Below, in pieces: positions 56,255-64,000 of a stretch of DNA of 64,000 nucleotides (position 1 is the stretch's first letter; each line of letters opens with the position of its first letter). The stretch spans positions 372,001 through 436,000 of the forward strand of contig MCFH01000029.1 of NCBI GenBank assembly GCA_002104945.1, written 5' to 3'. A program made the translations under genes and the position numbers. The notes under the pieces are model-generated. The model worked only from the letters and a program-made list of their open reading frames with translations, had not been told where the DNA came from and did no database searches. This DNA comes from Piromyces finnis finn. Lineage: Eukaryota; Fungi; Neocallimastigomycota.

Positions 56255-56615
56255 GCTTGTTAGTTATATAGCATTATTTGATCAAAGTATTCCATATACT
56301 TTTTTCAATTATGTATTTAATTCGATTTGCTATGTTTTTATATTTATAATGCTTTCCTGGGATAAATTATATTATATTATAAAATCTGATGGAAACAATG
56401 TATATAATTACTTTAATTCAACTCAGTATGAACAATGCTTTGTACATAAATCATTCACTTGTAATTGTAAGAAAAAAACTATTGATGGAGAAATTGAAAC
56501 TATGAAAAATTACATCGAATTTTATAATTATTGTTCTAATATTATTGTTATTTCTGATGGTCATATTCATTATATTAATAAGAAAAGAAAGAGTACTATG
56601 AAGTTTATTGCATAA
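51756..56615 (+). CDS. Gut-fungal class C-like GPCR: signal peptide, pectin-lyase-like/Pmp beta-helix ectodomain, EGF-like domain, 7TM; multi-exon
   Basis: All junctions join in frame. Repeated F.NC.F.N and NHASNGGVMY/NGADYFGGVIY/NNAYSGGVFY motifs; CQCVPGWTGDKC; seven hydrophobic segments from YIRIISLLII to FFNYVFNSICYVFIFIMLSW. Confidence 0.85.
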
Positions 56616-56864
56616 AAAATTTCATTTAATGATTAAATATATAAACACTTTTTGTTTATTTAAAATAACTTATTTTTTAGTATTCTTTTAGTTTTTATTT
56701 ATTTATTTTATTTTTTGTTTTAATTTTATTATTCTTTTTTTTTTTTTTTTTTTTTTATTTTATTTTATTTTATATATTTTATATTCATTTTTAATATTTT
56801 TTGAACTTTAGAAATATATATATATATTTTCAATTAAACTTAATTTTAAAATCAAAATATATTC

Positions 56865-56895
<31 letters not shown>

Positions 56896-57088
56896 TAAAT
56901 AAAACAGTTTTTAATCTATTTTATTCGTAAAAAAAAAAAAAAAAAAAAATAAAATAAACTATTTTAGTAATTCATAATAATTAACAAATATTATTCTATT
57001 ATTTATCAAAATATTAAAATTTAAATAATTTTTGTATTCTTTTTGAATTTTAAAACTTTTTTTTTTTTAATAAATGTATTTACTCAAT

Positions 57089-62645
<5,557 letters not shown>

Positions 62646-63356
62646 TTTTAAATTATTATTTTGTTTTTGTTAAAATAATAAATAAAAATTCTCTAAAGAT
62701 AATATGACTTTAAAGTTAGTTTTAAATTTATATTTCTTTAATTAAAATAAAAAAAGGTTTTAATATATTAATATAAAATTATAAATTTATATTTAATATT
62801 ATTGCCTTTTTTTCCTTTAATTTCAATTTTTGAATTAATAGAAAAGTGATATTTAATAATTCATCAATTAATCTCTATATATTATATTAATTATGTACTT
62901 TTTAAATAGTTTTATTATATCATGTGATTCTTATATCATTAAATTATATATTAAAATATTTTTTTTCAATTAAATCAATTAAAATTGATCAATAAAAAAA
63001 AGAATAAATATGTATCATTTTAAAAAAAATCAAGCCACACATAATGTAATTGAAGTGTAAATAATTTAAATATATATATCAATAATATTACTAATATTTA
63101 CTTTTATCATTTGTTGGTATATTTTTTATTAATGTTCTTTTATATATATATATTTTTCTAATGTATTTTGGTTTTATATATATATGTTTTTATTTTTAAT
63201 TTTTACTTATTAAAATTATAATTAAATATTTCTTATAGAGTTATAATATATTTTATTCAGAGGTTTTGACATTCATTTAAATTCTAGAAAATTATATTTT
63301 TATAATATATCCTTTTTTTTTTTTTGTATTAATTCCGTATAATATTCTTTTGTATT

Positions 63357-63363
63357 TGACTCA
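63357..63363. promoter_or_regulatory. Candidate Gcn4/CpcA (AP-1) site TGACTCA about 710 bp upstream of ARO1
   Basis: Exact TTGACTCAA in very AT-rich DNA; ARO1 is under general amino-acid control in ascomycetes. Confidence 0.3.
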
Positions 63364-63429
63364 ATAATTTATTTAAAATTTAACAATGAGTTTATTTTAT
63401 AATAAATCAAATTATAATTTAAATTAATA

Positions 63430-63630
63430 AATAAAAGAATATTGTCCAATTCTGTAAGCTTTCTGATCTTCGAATAAAGTAACTTTGTTTTCTCTTTGAC
63501 TGAACATGGTAGTCCTTCTATAAAAAAGTAAATTTTAGCTTCATCATTGAATGAGGAGTCCTTGGCCATCTTCTCAATAGCTTCGCAATAGTCTATAACG
63601 TTCCAATTAATTAAAAGATTTTGGTTTTAG
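63430..63630 (-). pseudogene. Degenerate retrotransposon gag-like fragment
   Basis: NWNVIDYCEAIEKMAKDSSFNDEAKIYFFIEGLPCSVKEK fits the Ty3/gypsy V..Y...F..LA....ND.A....F..GL pattern; GC-richer island; stop/frameshift just upstream. Confidence 0.5.
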
Positions 63631-64000
63631 AGAAGAGAAAAAATTATTAGAAAGGATTAATATTATAGAGATAACGATAATATAAAAGCAAACTATTCAG
63701 TTTATATGAAATATATAAAACATATAATATTAATAATTTATAATATTTACTTTATTAATATAATAAAGAAATAAATATATAAATAGAAATTAATGGATCA
63801 TCCATATATTTATATTTTTTAAAGAAAAAAAAGTAACTTAATAATTTGCATTCATATTTCTAATATAGAAAAATATCAAAAGCATTTATCAAATATGTAG
63901 TAAAAATAGATGAATTTATTTTACTGAAAAAATTAATAACAAATTAATATTATAATTTATCATAAGGAATTTAGTCTTGTTTTATAAAAAACTTTTTTAT

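Noticed and set aside
56865-56895. T-run/A-run palindromes here and near 23413, 29090, 46645 and 56229
   Set aside because: Expected from homopolymer slippage in such AT-rich DNA; no specific sequence content.

Overview
Extremely AT-rich, intron-rich eukaryotic DNA with short GT-AG introns, poly-A/T tracts and (AAT)n/(AAAT)n microsatellites. The style and gene content suggest an anaerobic gut fungus (Neocallimastigomycota); this is an inference. I hand-spliced about 16 protein-coding genes. Recognisable ones are a YEA4-type nucleotide-sugar transporter, RFC1, a divergent PMT2-family mannosyltransferase, ADE8, TOP1, pentafunctional ARO1, and a beta-helix/EGF/7TM receptor of the gut-fungal class C-like GPCR type. 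The rest are a ~2,850-aa Glu-rich repeat protein, two convergent Cys-rich membrane paralogs, a LURP-one-like protein and several orphans. Mobile DNA comprises one 5'-truncated but apparently young LINE (poly(A) tail, perfect 14-bp TSD) and a probable gag remnant. The three most interesting observations are: (1) a fungal gene with the full motif architecture of metazoan RAD51AP1; (2) an ERICH3/FSIP2-like ciliary motif inside the giant Glu-rich protein; (3) a LINE whose target-site duplication includes the stop codon of a host gene. No tRNA, rRNA or CRISPR array was seen. Homology calls rest on remembered motifs, not database searches.
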